64,000 nt of DNA from Pseudomonadota bacterium. Its GTDB lineage: Bacteria > Pseudomonadota > Gammaproteobacteria > Xanthomonadales > Rhodanobacteraceae. Of this stretch, positions 32,964-42,765 are shown piece by piece; the first letter of the stretch is position 1; the number at the start of each line of letters is the position of its first letter. Under the pieces are notes generated by a model. It was not told where the DNA came from, made no database searches, and was given only the letters and a program-made list of their open reading frames with translations. The stretch lies in the NCBI GenBank assembly GCA_021818335.1, contig JAKAEJ010000003.1, positions 23,331 through 87,330 of the forward strand, in the 5' to 3' direction. A program made the position numbers and the translations under genes.

Positions 32964-32979
32964 GGCAACCGCCTTGCCA
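32964..32979 (-). promoter_or_regulatory. sigma54 promoter P2
   Basis: Minus strand TGGCAAGGCGGTTGCC, GG-N10-GC with a TTGC -12 box. Confidence 0.55.
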
Positions 32980-32984
32980 CAACG

Positions 32985-33010
32985 AAAACGGCCCGGGCAA
33001 GCCCGGGCCG
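32985..33010 (-). terminator. Rho-independent terminator
   Basis: Minus strand CGGCCCGGGC-TT-GCCCGGGCCG-TTTTCGTT. Confidence 0.8.
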
Positions 33011-33092
33011 GTGCTTCCTTCCATTCCCGCGCGACCGGCCCCTGAATTCCGGTCTAGGCGTGCTCGCGAACGCGTTGCGGAACGGAAGTGCG
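32985..33092 (-). ncRNA. Candidate sigma54-dependent sRNA (~105 nt)
   Basis: Lies between promoter P1 and the terminator. Internal GACCGG/CCGGTC stem, 4 GGA motifs (GGGAATGGAAGGAAG), no credible ORF. Confidence 0.5.
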
Positions 33093-33102
33093 ACAATGGT
33101 GC

Positions 33103-33118
33103 AGCAGGTTCCATGCCA
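33103..33118 (-). promoter_or_regulatory. sigma54 promoter P1
   Basis: Minus strand TGGCATGGAACCTGCT, GG-N10-GC. Confidence 0.6.
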
Positions 33119-33346
33119 TGAACGGGCCTCTTGGGCCGGGCGCCACTGGCCGGTGCCGGTCGGGGAATGCCGGGTCGTTGGGTGCAGCCATGGGGTACGG
33201 GCTGGCGGATCGCTCGCCGAGGAAGGCTTCGCTGCAATGTGTTCCGCGTGCGTCAGGTCCACGAAGAAGAATCAAAGCGCCTGGGAGTGGATGGTGGCAT
33301 CCGCTCCGCGCCAGCCCAATGCCCCGCTTGTGATAGGTGAAGCGCA

Positions 33347-35215
33347 ATGAACGTCTTTGACGTGATCGTGGTTGGTGGTGGTCACGCCGGTAGCGAAGCC
33401 GCGCTTGCTGCGGCGCGCTCCGGCGCGCGTACGCTCCTGCTTACGCACAACATCGAGACGCTGGGCCAGATGAGCTGCAATCCAGCGATCGGCGGCATCG
33501 GCAAGGGCCACCTGGTGCGCGAAATTGAGGCGATGGGCGGGCTGATGGGACGGGCGGCCGACGCCGCGGGCATACACTGGCGTACCCTCAATGCGTCCAA
33601 GGGACCCGCCGTGCGGGCGACGCGTTGCCAGGCCGATCGGGCGCTCTACAAAGCCCATGTCCGGCGTGTGCTCGAAGGCACTCCGAATCTGCGCATCTTC
33701 CAGACGTCGGTTGAAGACGTCCTGTTGGACCATGGTCGGGCGATTGGCGTGCGCGCGGCCATGGGCATGGACTTTCACGGTCGCAGCGTGGTGCTTACCG
33801 CCGGAACGTTTCTGGCTGGCCGCATCCACGTTGGTCTTGAACAGCAGGGTGGTGGTCGAGCGGGAGAGGCCCCTGCGCAGCGCCTCGCGGAGCGGCTGCG
33901 TGAATTGGCGCCTGGCGTGGGCCGGCTCAAAACCGGCACGCCGCCACGCCTGGATGCCCGTACCGTTGATTTTGGCGTGATGACTCCGCAGCCAGGCGAT
34001 TCACCGTTGCCCTGCTTCGCGTTGGAGGGGCGGCCGACACCCCCACCCCGCCAAGTCTCTTGCTACATCACGCATACGCGCCCGGAAACCCACGCCATCA
34101 TTCGGTCCGCGTTGGACCGGTCACCGCTCTATACCGGTCGCATCGAAGGCGTGGGTCCTCGTTACTGCCCTTCCATCGAAGACAAGGTCACCCGATTCGC
34201 GGATCGGGATCGGCATCAGATTTTCATTGAACCCGAAGGCCTGGAGAGCGGCGAGCTTTATCCCAACGGCATTTCCACGTCGTTGCCCTTTGATGCGCAG
34301 CTCGCCCTGGTGCGCAGCATTCCGGGGCTGGAACACGCCGAGATCACGCGACCGGGCTACGCCATCGAATACGATTACTTTGACCCGCGTGGACTCTGGC
34401 CATCGCTGCAGTGCAAAGCCATCGAGGGCCTCTTCTTCGCCGGACAGATCAATGGGACGACGGGCTACGAAGAGGCTGCGGCGCAAGGGCTCGTGGCCGG
34501 CGTGAATGCCGCGCGGTTGGCGCAAGGGCAAATGCCTTGGTCGCCTGGCCGGGATGAGGCTTACATGGGTGTGCTGATTGACGATCTGGTGACCCTTGGC
34601 ACGGGCGAGCCCTATCGCATGTTCACCTCTCGGGCCGAACATCGACTGCATTTGCGCGAGGACAATGCGGACTTGCGCCTCGCCGACGTGGCCTTGTCCT
34701 TGGGTTTGATCGACAAGCAGCGACACGCGCAGACCATGCGCAAGCGAGAAGCCATCGAGGGCGAGAAGGCCCGGCTGTCGGCGCTCCGCGTGAGTCCAGG
34801 CAATGTCCTTGGTGTCGCGCTGGCGGGGTACGCCATTCCATTGACTCGCGACACCACGGCCTTGGATCTGCTGCGGAGACCCGAGCTGAACTATGTGGAG
34901 TTGATGGGGATCGAGGGATTTGGGCCAGGCGTCAACGACGCCGGGGTTGCCATGCAAATCGACGTGCAGGCGCGCTATGCCGGTTACCTTGATCGCCAGC
35001 GCGAGGAGAGCGAACGCGTTCGGCGGCAGGCGGACATGCCCATTCCGACGGACTTTACGTACGATGACGTGCGTGGTCTGTCCGCCGAGGTCACCGCCAA
35101 GTTGAGCCAGATCCGGCCGCAAACCATTGGGCAGGCTGGACGCATCAGCGGCGTGACGCCGGCCGCGATTGCATTACTGCTGGTCCACCTGAAACGTCGC
35201 GGGCGCGCAGCCTGA
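33347..35215 (+). CDS. mnmG: tRNA uridine 5-carboxymethylaminomethyl modification enzyme MnmG (GidA)
   Basis: [67 protein letters not shown]. Confidence 0.98.
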   Translation: MNVFDVIVVGGGHAGSEAALAAARSGARTLLLTHNIETLGQMSCNPAIGGIGKGHLVREIEAMGGLMGRAADAAGIHWRTLNASKGPAVRATRCQADRALYKAHVRRVLEGTPNLRIFQTSVEDVLLDHGRAIGVRAAMGMDFHGRSVVLTAGTFLAGRIHVGLEQQGGGRAGEAPAQRLAERLRELAPGVGRLKTGTPPRLDARTVDFGVMTPQPGDSPLPCFALEGRPTPPPRQVSCYITHTRPETHAIIRSALDRSPLYTGRIEGVGPRYCPSIEDKVTRFADRDRHQIFIEPEGLESGELYPNGISTSLPFDAQLALVRSIPGLEHAEITRPGYAIEYDYFDPRGLWPSLQCKAIEGLFFAGQINGTTGYEEAAAQGLVAGVNAARLAQGQMPWSPGRDEAYMGVLIDDLVTLGTGEPYRMFTSRAEHRLHLREDNADLRLADVALSLGLIDKQRHAQTMRKREAIEGEKARLSALRVSPGNVLGVALAGYAIPLTRDTTALDLLRRPELNYVELMGIEGFGPGVNDAGVAMQIDVQARYAGYLDRQREESERVRRQADMPIPTDFTYDDVRGLSAEVTAKLSQIRPQTIGQAGRISGVTPAAIALLLVHLKRRGRAA

Positions 35216-35240
35216 GTGCTGGCGCCCGCAGCGAGAGGCT

Positions 35241-37604
35241 TCAGAAGCGAAGCTCCAGCGACCCGTAGATCACTCTCGGCGTGCCGGGCAATGCCAGCGT
35301 GTAACCGGCCACTGGCGTGGCGTAGAGGCCGCCGGCAGATATCTCCTCAAATGCGTTGTACTGCTTGCCCAGGGCGTTGAGGAGCTCGACTTCCACGCGC
35401 ACGTCGTCCCCCCATGCGCGGGGCAGCGCGGCAGCCACCGCAACGTTCAGCAAACCGTAGGATGGCATGGTTTGCTCACTCGGCGCCCCCGCGTTGTTGT
35501 CAAAAACGTGCTGGGTCCCGACGTACTGCCACCAAGCGCGAGGCATCAGAATGACGCCATCGCCCATCGGTGCGCGCCATGCCACCCCGGCGTTGAAGGT
35601 CGTGTCCGGGACATAGGAGACGGGCAGACCGTCGTAGTTGGTACCGTTGAAGGCGTAATGATTGAAACGCGCGTGCTCGAAGCTGGCATTGGCATAGATT
35701 TTCGCGTTGCCGAGGGCACCTTCCCCACTCAGATTCACGCCGCGGTATATCGAATCGCCGGTGCCGAGGCCCAGGAACTGGCCATTGCCACTGGAGACGC
35801 CGATGAACTGGTTGCTGAAGTGCAAGTGGAAGTAGTTGACGTTGATGAGCACGTCTCGGAACGCGGCCACTGTCGCCCAGTGGGCCTTGATGCCCGTCTG
35901 CCACTCCAGGCCGCGTTCAAGAATATCGCCCCCCACTGGCTGCTTCTGGTACAGGCCGCCGCCGCCGCCTACTTGCGGTAGCCGGTACGCAACCGACCAG
36001 TTGCCATAGAGCGCGAGCCAGCGGAGGGGCTGCCAGCGCACGCTCAAGGACGGCTCAAGTCGGTCGTAATTGGTGCTGGTGGCTGGGAGCTTGCCCTGAT
36101 CATTCTGCGGGTAGAGCGCGTAGGCCTGGGCAAAGTCCACGTTGCCGCGGGGATAGTAGTCCGTGTGAAAACTAACCGCGCGCAGACCGGGGGTGATGCG
36201 GAGCCCATGGAGCGGCGTGATCGCGTCCTGCACGAAGGCAGCCAGATTGGTCACGTACCAGTAGTCGCTTCGGTAGTGGTCATTCGGCACAAGGTACGAG
36301 CCGAAATATGGCGGCAAGGGGCTGTAGAAAGCATTCCGGGAGTTGTACGTGCTGTTGATCACGTAGCCGCCCAGAGCGATGTCGTTGTAGGGCAAGTCCA
36401 GTTCGGCCCAGAGTTTGTCACCGTAGCTCTTCGTGTAGGGATTGTTGTACTCATAGAGGTTGCTGGCACCGGCCACCCAATTGTTGAAATGCTTGTGAAG
36501 GCGGTTGCCTTTGCGGTACCAGAGCAGGTTGTGAAGCGTGGTGCTGTCGTCAAGTCGGAGGTTCTGACGGGCATACAGCAGCCATGCGCGGTTGTAGTCG
36601 TTCTTAGCCCACACGTTTTCGTTGACCGCGCTGTAGAAGCCGGTCGTCTGTTGGCTCAGCAGCGGCCCCGGGATGGGGTTGCCGTTGGCGTCCTGGCCAT
36701 TGACCGTGAGTCCGGGCACGGGTGCAACCGGGATGGGTGTTGGCCGCCAGCCATGCCCGCTGCCGACATAGCCGCCGAAACTGACACTGCCATCCGCGAA
36801 CGTCTTCCGGGTCTTGAGATAGGCCGCAAAGTTCTTGCTCGGCCACGCGTAGCCGTCGGGCGAGCGGCGGAAGTTGTCCGCCTCTCCCACGCCGCCAGCG
36901 AGCACCGTCTCCCAGCCGCCTAGCGTGCCCGTCTGTGCGCTGAAGAAGAGATTGCGCGTGTTATCGCTGCCGTAGGTCAGCTTCAGGCTCCCTCCCGGCG
37001 TCGCTTCCGGCTGCAGGGGTACAAAAGCGATTCCGCCACCGATGTTGTTGAACCAGCGGTCGACGGGGTCGCCTGGACCATATGTGAGCCGGATGCCCGC
37101 AATCATGCCCATCTGCGGCAGCAACGAGGATTGCCAGAGTCCAGTCACGGGATTGGCCATCGGGACGCCATCGAAGCTGACGCCTACACTGCCATCGTCA
37201 ATGGTCCCGCCCGAAAAGCCGCCCCAGCCTTGCTTGATCCCGTTGATGCTGATTTGATATTTCGTACTGCCCGTTGCGCCATAGCTGCTGACGGCGACAC
37301 CGGGTGCATAGGCGAGCGCCTGGGCCGCGCCGGCCACGGGTCCTGCGGCGGCGATTTGGTCTCGATTCAACACCTTGTCGCCCAAGGCCGACTCGAAAAG
37401 CGCACGATTGCCCAGATTGCGCCGCTCGACCCCGCTGGGCGCGACCGCCTTGCCTTTGACGACGATACGCTGCAATTGCTCCGCGGACTGGACGCTGGGC
37501 CTCGGTCCCGACCCGGCAGCGTGGGCCGTGGGTAGGCTCAATGCGAGGGTGATGGCCAGCGAGAGCGGACGCCGAACGTGCAGACGCGGGAGGGAACTGG
37601 TCAT
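35241..37604 (-). CDS. TonB-dependent outer-membrane receptor
   Basis: Signal peptide, TonB-box-like LQRIVVKG, plug motifs (L...PGV, FDGVP, YGPG, GG.I), N-rich beta-barrel, C-terminal Phe (YGSLELRF). Confidence 0.9.
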   Translation of the reverse strand: MTSSLPRLHVRRPLSLAITLALSLPTAHAAGSGPRPSVQSAEQLQRIVVKGKAVAPSGVERRNLGNRALFESALGDKVLNRDQIAAAGPVAGAAQALAYAPGVAVSSYGATGSTKYQISINGIKQGWGGFSGGTIDDGSVGVSFDGVPMANPVTGLWQSSLLPQMGMIAGIRLTYGPGDPVDRWFNNIGGGIAFVPLQPEATPGGSLKLTYGSDNTRNLFFSAQTGTLGGWETVLAGGVGEADNFRRSPDGYAWPSKNFAAYLKTRKTFADGSVSFGGYVGSGHGWRPTPIPVAPVPGLTVNGQDANGNPIPGPLLSQQTTGFYSAVNENVWAKNDYNRAWLLYARQNLRLDDSTTLHNLLWYRKGNRLHKHFNNWVAGASNLYEYNNPYTKSYGDKLWAELDLPYNDIALGGYVINSTYNSRNAFYSPLPPYFGSYLVPNDHYRSDYWYVTNLAAFVQDAITPLHGLRITPGLRAVSFHTDYYPRGNVDFAQAYALYPQNDQGKLPATSTNYDRLEPSLSVRWQPLRWLALYGNWSVAYRLPQVGGGGGLYQKQPVGGDILERGLEWQTGIKAHWATVAAFRDVLINVNYFHLHFSNQFIGVSSGNGQFLGLGTGDSIYRGVNLSGEGALGNAKIYANASFEHARFNHYAFNGTNYDGLPVSYVPDTTFNAGVAWRAPMGDGVILMPRAWWQYVGTQHVFDNNAGAPSEQTMPSYGLLNVAVAAALPRAWGDDVRVEVELLNALGKQYNAFEEISAGGLYATPVAGYTLALPGTPRVIYGSLELRF

Positions 37605-37751
37605 GTTGACTCTCAGTGAGGGGACAGTCCCTTCATGCTGTGCGTCGGGCATGGCGGTGCCATTGCAGTGGACTGGCGAAGTCCACAGGCATTTGTGATG
37701 TCGGTGTAAGGCGTGCCCCGCCGGGTGCGGGCACGCGACGGGCTCGGATCG

Positions 37752-38489
37752 TCAGCCCATACCGCCGTTGATGCCAATCGTCTGTCCGTTGATGTAGCCG
37801 GCCGCATCGGAGCAGAGGAACGCAACAAGGGAAGCCACTTCCGAAGGGGTCCCTGCCCGCTGGGCAGGCACCAGTGCGCGGACGTCAGCATCGTCAAAGG
37901 CGGCCTGCGCCATCGGCGAAACGATGATGCCGGGTGCCACGACGTTGACTGTGACGCCGCGGCTCGCCATCTCGCGCGCCAGTGCGCGGGCGGCGCCTTC
38001 CAGACCAGCCTTGGCGGCCGCGTAGTTGACTTGGCCACGGTTGCCCAGCCGTGCGGTCACCGAGCCAAGCAGCACAATCCGGCCGAAGCGCGCCCGCGCC
38101 ATGGGCAGTAGCAGGGGTTGGCCGAGCCGATAAATCGCATTGAGATTGAGCTCGATTACCCGCGTCCATTGCTCTGCGCGCATACCCGCGAGCGGAGCAT
38201 CGTCATGGGCTCCCGCGGCATGAACGAGGCCTGTGACGGGGCCCTCGTCCAAAATGCGCTCCAGCATGCGACCGGTCGATGCGCTATCCATTAGATCGCA
38301 TGAAACCGCTTCGGCCCGTACGCCGGTCTTGCGCAGGGACTCGGCTAGGGCCTGCGTCTGCCCAACGCCGTGATGCGCGTGAAGAAGGAGGGACCACCCC
38401 TGCGCTGCCAGCGCCTCGGCACAGGCAGCGCCGAGCGCGCCGCTGGCGCCCGTGATCAGCACTCGTCGCGGGGCATTTCTTTCGTTCAT
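37752..38489 (-). CDS. fabG: 3-oxoacyl-ACP reductase (aryl-polyene cluster FabG-like)
   Basis: TGASGALG, GNRGQVNYAAAKAG, VNVVAPG, YINGQTIGINGG. Confidence 0.9.
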   Translation of the reverse strand: MNERNAPRRVLITGASGALGAACAEALAAQGWSLLLHAHHGVGQTQALAESLRKTGVRAEAVSCDLMDSASTGRMLERILDEGPVTGLVHAAGAHDDAPLAGMRAEQWTRVIELNLNAIYRLGQPLLLPMARARFGRIVLLGSVTARLGNRGQVNYAAAKAGLEGAARALAREMASRGVTVNVVAPGIIVSPMAQAAFDDADVRALVPAQRAGTPSEVASLVAFLCSDAAGYINGQTIGINGGMG

Positions 38490-38920
38490 GGCGCTGCGGT
38501 TGGCAAAGCAATCAGGATTCGGCCGCTGGCTACGGGCGTTTCACCTTGCCACACCTCAAAGGTGTACTGCATGGCCGTCGGCAATGCAGCGTACCGGCAA
38601 GCATGGATCTCCAGTGGCTGCGTGAGGGCGATCCACGGCGACCCGAGCCGTACCTCGCGCAAGGCGGCCAGCAGGCCGCCGGCCTCACAACGGCCCTGCG
38701 CCGATCGCGCAAGGAGCGCGCCATGAATGGCTGCCGCCTGTGCACCGTACTCGCACGCGTGGACGGCATGGAGGCGTCCCGACCGCAACAGGGGATGCGA
38801 GGAGCCGGGCGCGTCGGCTACGGCCTCCAGCCCGTTTGCGTCCCACCTCGGTACGCGCGCGATCAAGGCCATCGACCCGGCATGCGCGATCTGCGACATC
38901 CAGTCGGCGCGAGTCAGCAC
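38486..38920 (-). CDS. Hot-dog-fold dehydratase-like protein of aryl-polyene clusters
   Basis: IAHAGSM.L...V.RWD, HPL..GRL, EYGAQAAAIHG, G.LAALREV. GTG start overlaps the upstream TGA. Confidence 0.8.
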   Translation of the reverse strand: MLTRADWMSQIAHAGSMALIARVPRWDANGLEAVADAPGSSHPLLRSGRLHAVHACEYGAQAAAIHGALLARSAQGRCEAGGLLAALREVRLGSPWIALTQPLEIHACRYAALPTAMQYTFEVWQGETPVASGRILIALPTAAP

Positions 38921-41232
38921 GACGGTGTCTTCCGGGGCCAGGTCAGAAGCATGGCCGCAATAAGGTTTGCCGCGATGCCCAGCGCAACCGTCAAGCCGAG
39001 CGCACGAAGCACCGGTATGGGGGCGAGCGCATAGAGTCCGAAGGCCAGCAGGGTGGACGCGGCGCAAGTCAACGTGGCATGCAGGGTGCGCAGGCGTTCG
39101 GGCTCATCGGCTGTCCGCGCTCGTTCGAAGAACAACGCGTAATGCAAGCCCAGCCCAGCCGCTAGAAGCAGGGCGACCAGATGAAACAGGCTGAGGGAGC
39201 CCGCGATGAGCCGCAATGCCGCAACCGTCAGCATCTGGGCAAGCAGGACCGCTGACAGCACCCGCAGTGCGGACCGAGCGTGACGAAGGCCTAACGCGAC
39301 CAACAAGACGAGCAGCGTCGCCGCGCCCGCCAACGCATGCAGAATTCGCGTGCGGTAGCTGGCTACCCAACGCTCGCTCTCGGTCTTCAGATCAACGAGG
39401 TGGATTCGACCCGAGGTTGCCGCGGCCAACTTCGCGACTGCGGAAGGGTTGCGGACGCCACTCATCAGGCCCACGCCAAACCAGTGCCCGTCGCGATGGA
39501 TCAGCATGGCGCGTAGCAAACCGCCCAAAGGCGAGCGCTCGAATTTCGAAGGGGTGAGCGGTGGGAGCGTGCGTGCGCGCGCGACGTCCTGTTCGAAGGG
39601 CTTGAACAGGCCCGGCTGGAATGGAAGCCCGGCCAGCGCCTTCGTCAACGCCGCGCGCAGCGTTGCGGTGTCGGGCAGTCGTGCCTGGCGCGCGCGCTGG
39701 ACTGCAACCGGTGGCAGGTACGTGCTGGGCAACTGGAGCTTGCCCAATTGCCCTGACTGCAGCAGCGGGGCGAAGGCTTTGGCGGCACGCGCACTGCGTT
39801 CGAGAACATCCTGGGCACTGGTGCCCTCGAGAACCAGCAGATATCGAACATCGGGCGCCCCCAGCGCCTTGCGCAAAGCAGCCTCGCGCCTGAGCAGGCT
39901 GGTTGGAACCGGGGCGAGCTTAGCAAGGTTGCTTTGCCACCAAGGCGCTGGCACTAGCATAGCGGCCAGCAGGGCGGCCGTACCCAGCAGCAGACTGGGC
40001 ATGACGGGAGACGGCAATCGGCGGAGCCGGCCTGCAAGACAGCCCAGCCACGGGGACAGGCCGGCATCGTGACGAACCGGCGGCACCAATGCCGGCAACA
40101 GCCACCGCGTACTGGTACCTGCGGCAAGGATCCCTGTAAGCGTGAACAGAGCGAGCTGTGCCAGGCCGGCCACGCCGGCGGCAAAAAATGCGAAATAGGC
40201 AACGAGCGTCGAGGCCATGGCCAGCAAAAGCACGGGGCCCAATGCACGCGCGGTCGCACGGGCATCCTCGCCAGCTCGGCGATGACTGAGCAGCCGCAGG
40301 GGGTATTCCTGCGCAACGCCAAGCAACGTGACGCCAAAAGCGAGCGTCAGGCCATGGACCCGTCCGTATACAAGCGCCAGCATCGTCGCACCTGCGACGG
40401 CCGCCGTTGCAAGCGGCAACGCAGCCACAAGGGACTCGCGCACGCGTCCATAGGCCATCAGCAATAGCAGCATGAGGCCGATCGCGGACAAGGCGCCCAA
40501 GCGCTCCGCACTGTCGCGTGTCAACCGCTGGATTTGCACGCCAAAGTAACCGGGCCCACTGATTTCAAGCGTCGCCTGTGCATGGCCTGGTGTGCCGGCA
40601 TAGGCATGGCGGATCGACTCCACCGCGACTGCTTGCGCGGCAGGGTCAAATCCGCCGGCGTTCGTTTCCAGCAAAAGCAAGGCAGCTCCGTGCGCGTACC
40701 ACACCCCGTCCCGTAGTGGCGGTGACCCTTGCGGCGCCCAGGACTCCGCGATCTTGACCGTCTCGAGCGTCGGATCGGACGGCAGCAGCGGCTTGAGGAG
40801 ACTGGCCCCTGGCGACCCAAGGTCATCGAGCCGCTTCTCCAGCTGGTCGCGGAGGTAGGCTGCGTCGAACCGGTGATGGTCCAGTGTCGATGACAGCAAA
40901 TAGCGATAGGGCAGCAAACCCGCTGCGATCTGGCCAAGCCCCCCTTCCCCGTTCTGCACGCTCCTGAAATAGCCGTCCGCAAGAAGTCGTCGATGCATCG
41001 CCCGGCTCAGTACCGCCGCCCGTGCGGGGTCGGAAGTACGAATGGCCAGAATCAACGTACGCGCCCCCGACCCATCACCTAGCTCATGAAGGAGCAATCC
41101 CTGCAGGGGTGTGCGGGCGGCTGGAAGGAACGTGCGAAGATCGCCGCTTACACGCAGCTTCGCCAATGCGTACCCGCCAAGCAATGCCAGAGCGAGCACC
41201 CAGCTGGCAAGCAGCGCAAGGCGCGAATTCAT
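38914..41232 (-). CDS. MMPL/RND-family exporter (xanthomonadin-type)
   Basis: DLRTFLP, DPTLET, ISGPG.F, VHGLTLAFGVTLLGVAQEYP, FHLVALLLAAGLGLHYALFF. Confidence 0.88.
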   Translation of the reverse strand: MNSRLALLASWVLALALLGGYALAKLRVSGDLRTFLPAARTPLQGLLLHELGDGSGARTLILAIRTSDPARAAVLSRAMHRRLLADGYFRSVQNGEGGLGQIAAGLLPYRYLLSSTLDHHRFDAAYLRDQLEKRLDDLGSPGASLLKPLLPSDPTLETVKIAESWAPQGSPPLRDGVWYAHGAALLLLETNAGGFDPAAQAVAVESIRHAYAGTPGHAQATLEISGPGYFGVQIQRLTRDSAERLGALSAIGLMLLLLMAYGRVRESLVAALPLATAAVAGATMLALVYGRVHGLTLAFGVTLLGVAQEYPLRLLSHRRAGEDARATARALGPVLLLAMASTLVAYFAFFAAGVAGLAQLALFTLTGILAAGTSTRWLLPALVPPVRHDAGLSPWLGCLAGRLRRLPSPVMPSLLLGTAALLAAMLVPAPWWQSNLAKLAPVPTSLLRREAALRKALGAPDVRYLLVLEGTSAQDVLERSARAAKAFAPLLQSGQLGKLQLPSTYLPPVAVQRARQARLPDTATLRAALTKALAGLPFQPGLFKPFEQDVARARTLPPLTPSKFERSPLGGLLRAMLIHRDGHWFGVGLMSGVRNPSAVAKLAAATSGRIHLVDLKTESERWVASYRTRILHALAGAATLLVLLVALGLRHARSALRVLSAVLLAQMLTVAALRLIAGSLSLFHLVALLLAAGLGLHYALFFERARTADEPERLRTLHATLTCAASTLLAFGLYALAPIPVLRALGLTVALGIAANLIAAMLLTWPRKTPSC

Positions 41233-41882
41233 CCCGCGCCCGCGCACAGCCTCACCAGCGCTGCAGGAGTTGGCTTTGCCGGCAGAGCCACGGAGCCCAG
41301 CGCGCCCATGAGCGTAAAGCTGGTATCGCCGTCGCCTTGGTCGACGCGCATGCATCGCATTGCCGTTCCGCGCCCATCAATGCTGATTGCACGGATGCGC
41401 TTGCCGATACGGGCATTTCTCGGGACGAGATCCAGCGTCCACGCGGCTGCATTGCCATACGCCTGCAGTTCGAACGACCGCTCCAGCGCCGGGGCATTGC
41501 CTGAGAGCAATGCCACGAACGCATCGAGCAAATCCCTGAGTTCCGGCGCATGATCGAGCGAAAAGTGCCTTGGTGCGGCCGTTCCGCGCTGGATGGTCGC
41601 TTGATCGCCATTGATCGCAGTCGTTTCCGGATAGGGGGAGACGACGCTGCGCGTGAGTCGGTCACCGCCCAGCCAGGCCATTTCGCCGCGCAGGACCAAA
41701 GGCCTTGTCAGCAACCCGATGAATCGCACCTCCGTATACGCTGTCTGCGCCGGCACCGGTCGGGCCAGCGATCGCACCAGCGCGGCAGCATGCTCAGGCG
41801 CTGGCGCCGCCGACACCAGCGGACTGATCAGCAGAATCGCCGGAAGGAGCAGCTTGGTCGAAAGACGCAGCCCAGAAGTCAT
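41229..41882 (-). CDS. LolA-related periplasmic carrier protein
   Basis: Signal peptide, YTEVRF..LLTRPLVLRG, L.R.V.SPYPE, ALLSGN..AL...F, W.L.LVP. Confidence 0.8.
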   Translation of the reverse strand: MTSGLRLSTKLLLPAILLISPLVSAAPAPEHAAALVRSLARPVPAQTAYTEVRFIGLLTRPLVLRGEMAWLGGDRLTRSVVSPYPETTAINGDQATIQRGTAAPRHFSLDHAPELRDLLDAFVALLSGNAPALERSFELQAYGNAAAWTLDLVPRNARIGKRIRAISIDGRGTAMRCMRVDQGDGDTSFTLMGALGSVALPAKPTPAALVRLCAGAG

Positions 41883-42765
41883 AGAAATTGAACCAGTTGA
41901 ATGGATGTTCACGCAATTGGGCCTCGATGCGCGCCGCGTATTGGCCCACCAATTCAGCGAGCACCGGCATGCGTTTGGATGCCTCGCGTGGCAGTGCCAC
42001 GCGTCGGGCAAGGCTTTCGAAGCGCAAATGGTAGCGGTTGCCGCCAAGGTAAAGGCCGAGCCCGAGCACCACAGGAACGCCCAGCGTCGCCGCGATGCGC
42101 CATGGCGCGATCGGAAACGCCGCGCGCAGTCCCAGCAGTGGCGCATCGACGGTTGCTTCTCCCGCGCGCGCGCGATCAGCGAGGACGGCGATCAGGGCGC
42201 CTTCGTGAGCCGCTTCGACCATGCTCAGCATGACCGCTGTCGTCCCCTGGGCAGCGTCGATCACCTGCGGGCGCAGGGCTGGAGCCAACGACTCCAGCAG
42301 ACGATTCAGGGCGGGCGTTTGCTCGCGGTCAAGCACGAGCCTCAATCGCACCTCCGGAGCACGCGCAGCAAGGACGCGCAGCGCCTCGAAGCTGCCTACA
42401 TGCGCCCCCAGAAGCAGGGCTCCGTGGCCATCAGCCAGCGCATCGAGAAGTGCGTCAAGTCCACTGACTTGCAGGTCGAAGTCACACTCGCCGTGCGCGA
42501 GGAAGAAGACCCGATCCAGTGTGGTTGCTGCAAACGCATGGAAGTGCCGAAGGACCTCACGGGTGCGCGCCGGCCGCCCGAGCAACTGCTGCAGATACGC
42601 ACGCGATGCGCGCCGCTCCGTGCCCCGTCGCGCAAAAAAATAGAGGGTGATTGGATACAGCAGCAACCGGGCGGGCATGCGGCCAAGGCGAAGCCCGATG
42701 CCACGGATGAGCCAGAGCGCGAACCACCCGCCTCCCTCGCGCCGCCCTTGCCATGACGCGCTCAA
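41794..42765 (-). CDS. LpxL/LpxP-like acyltransferase of aryl-polyene clusters
   Basis: W..RREGGG, LDRVF, GAHVGSFEALR, VLADR, PFNWFNFYDFW. TTG start coupled to the upstream TGA. Confidence 0.88.
   Translation of the reverse strand: MSASWQGRREGGGWFALWLIRGIGLRLGRMPARLLLYPITLYFFARRGTERRASRAYLQQLLGRPARTREVLRHFHAFAATTLDRVFFLAHGECDFDLQVSGLDALLDALADGHGALLLGAHVGSFEALRVLAARAPEVRLRLVLDREQTPALNRLLESLAPALRPQVIDAAQGTTAVMLSMVEAAHEGALIAVLADRARAGEATVDAPLLGLRAAFPIAPWRIAATLGVPVVLGLGLYLGGNRYHLRFESLARRVALPREASKRMPVLAELVGQYAARIEAQLREHPFNWFNFYDFWAASFDQAAPSGDSADQSAGVGGASA

Noticed and set aside
33295-33310. Plus-strand TGGCATCCGCTCCGC, a GG-N10-GC motif before mnmG
   Set aside because: The -12 box lacks the conserved T, so it is likely a chance match in GC-rich DNA.
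32800-33350. Several 70-145 aa ORFs in the pepN-mnmG gap
   Set aside because: They overlap each other, are Pro/Arg/Gly-rich like non-coding GC DNA, lack an RBS and some cross a terminator.
41794-41882. 89-bp overlap between the acyltransferase end and the LolA-like start
   Set aside because: Both proteins look complete. It is probably a low-complexity C-terminal tail or a later start codon, with no evidence of a frameshift.
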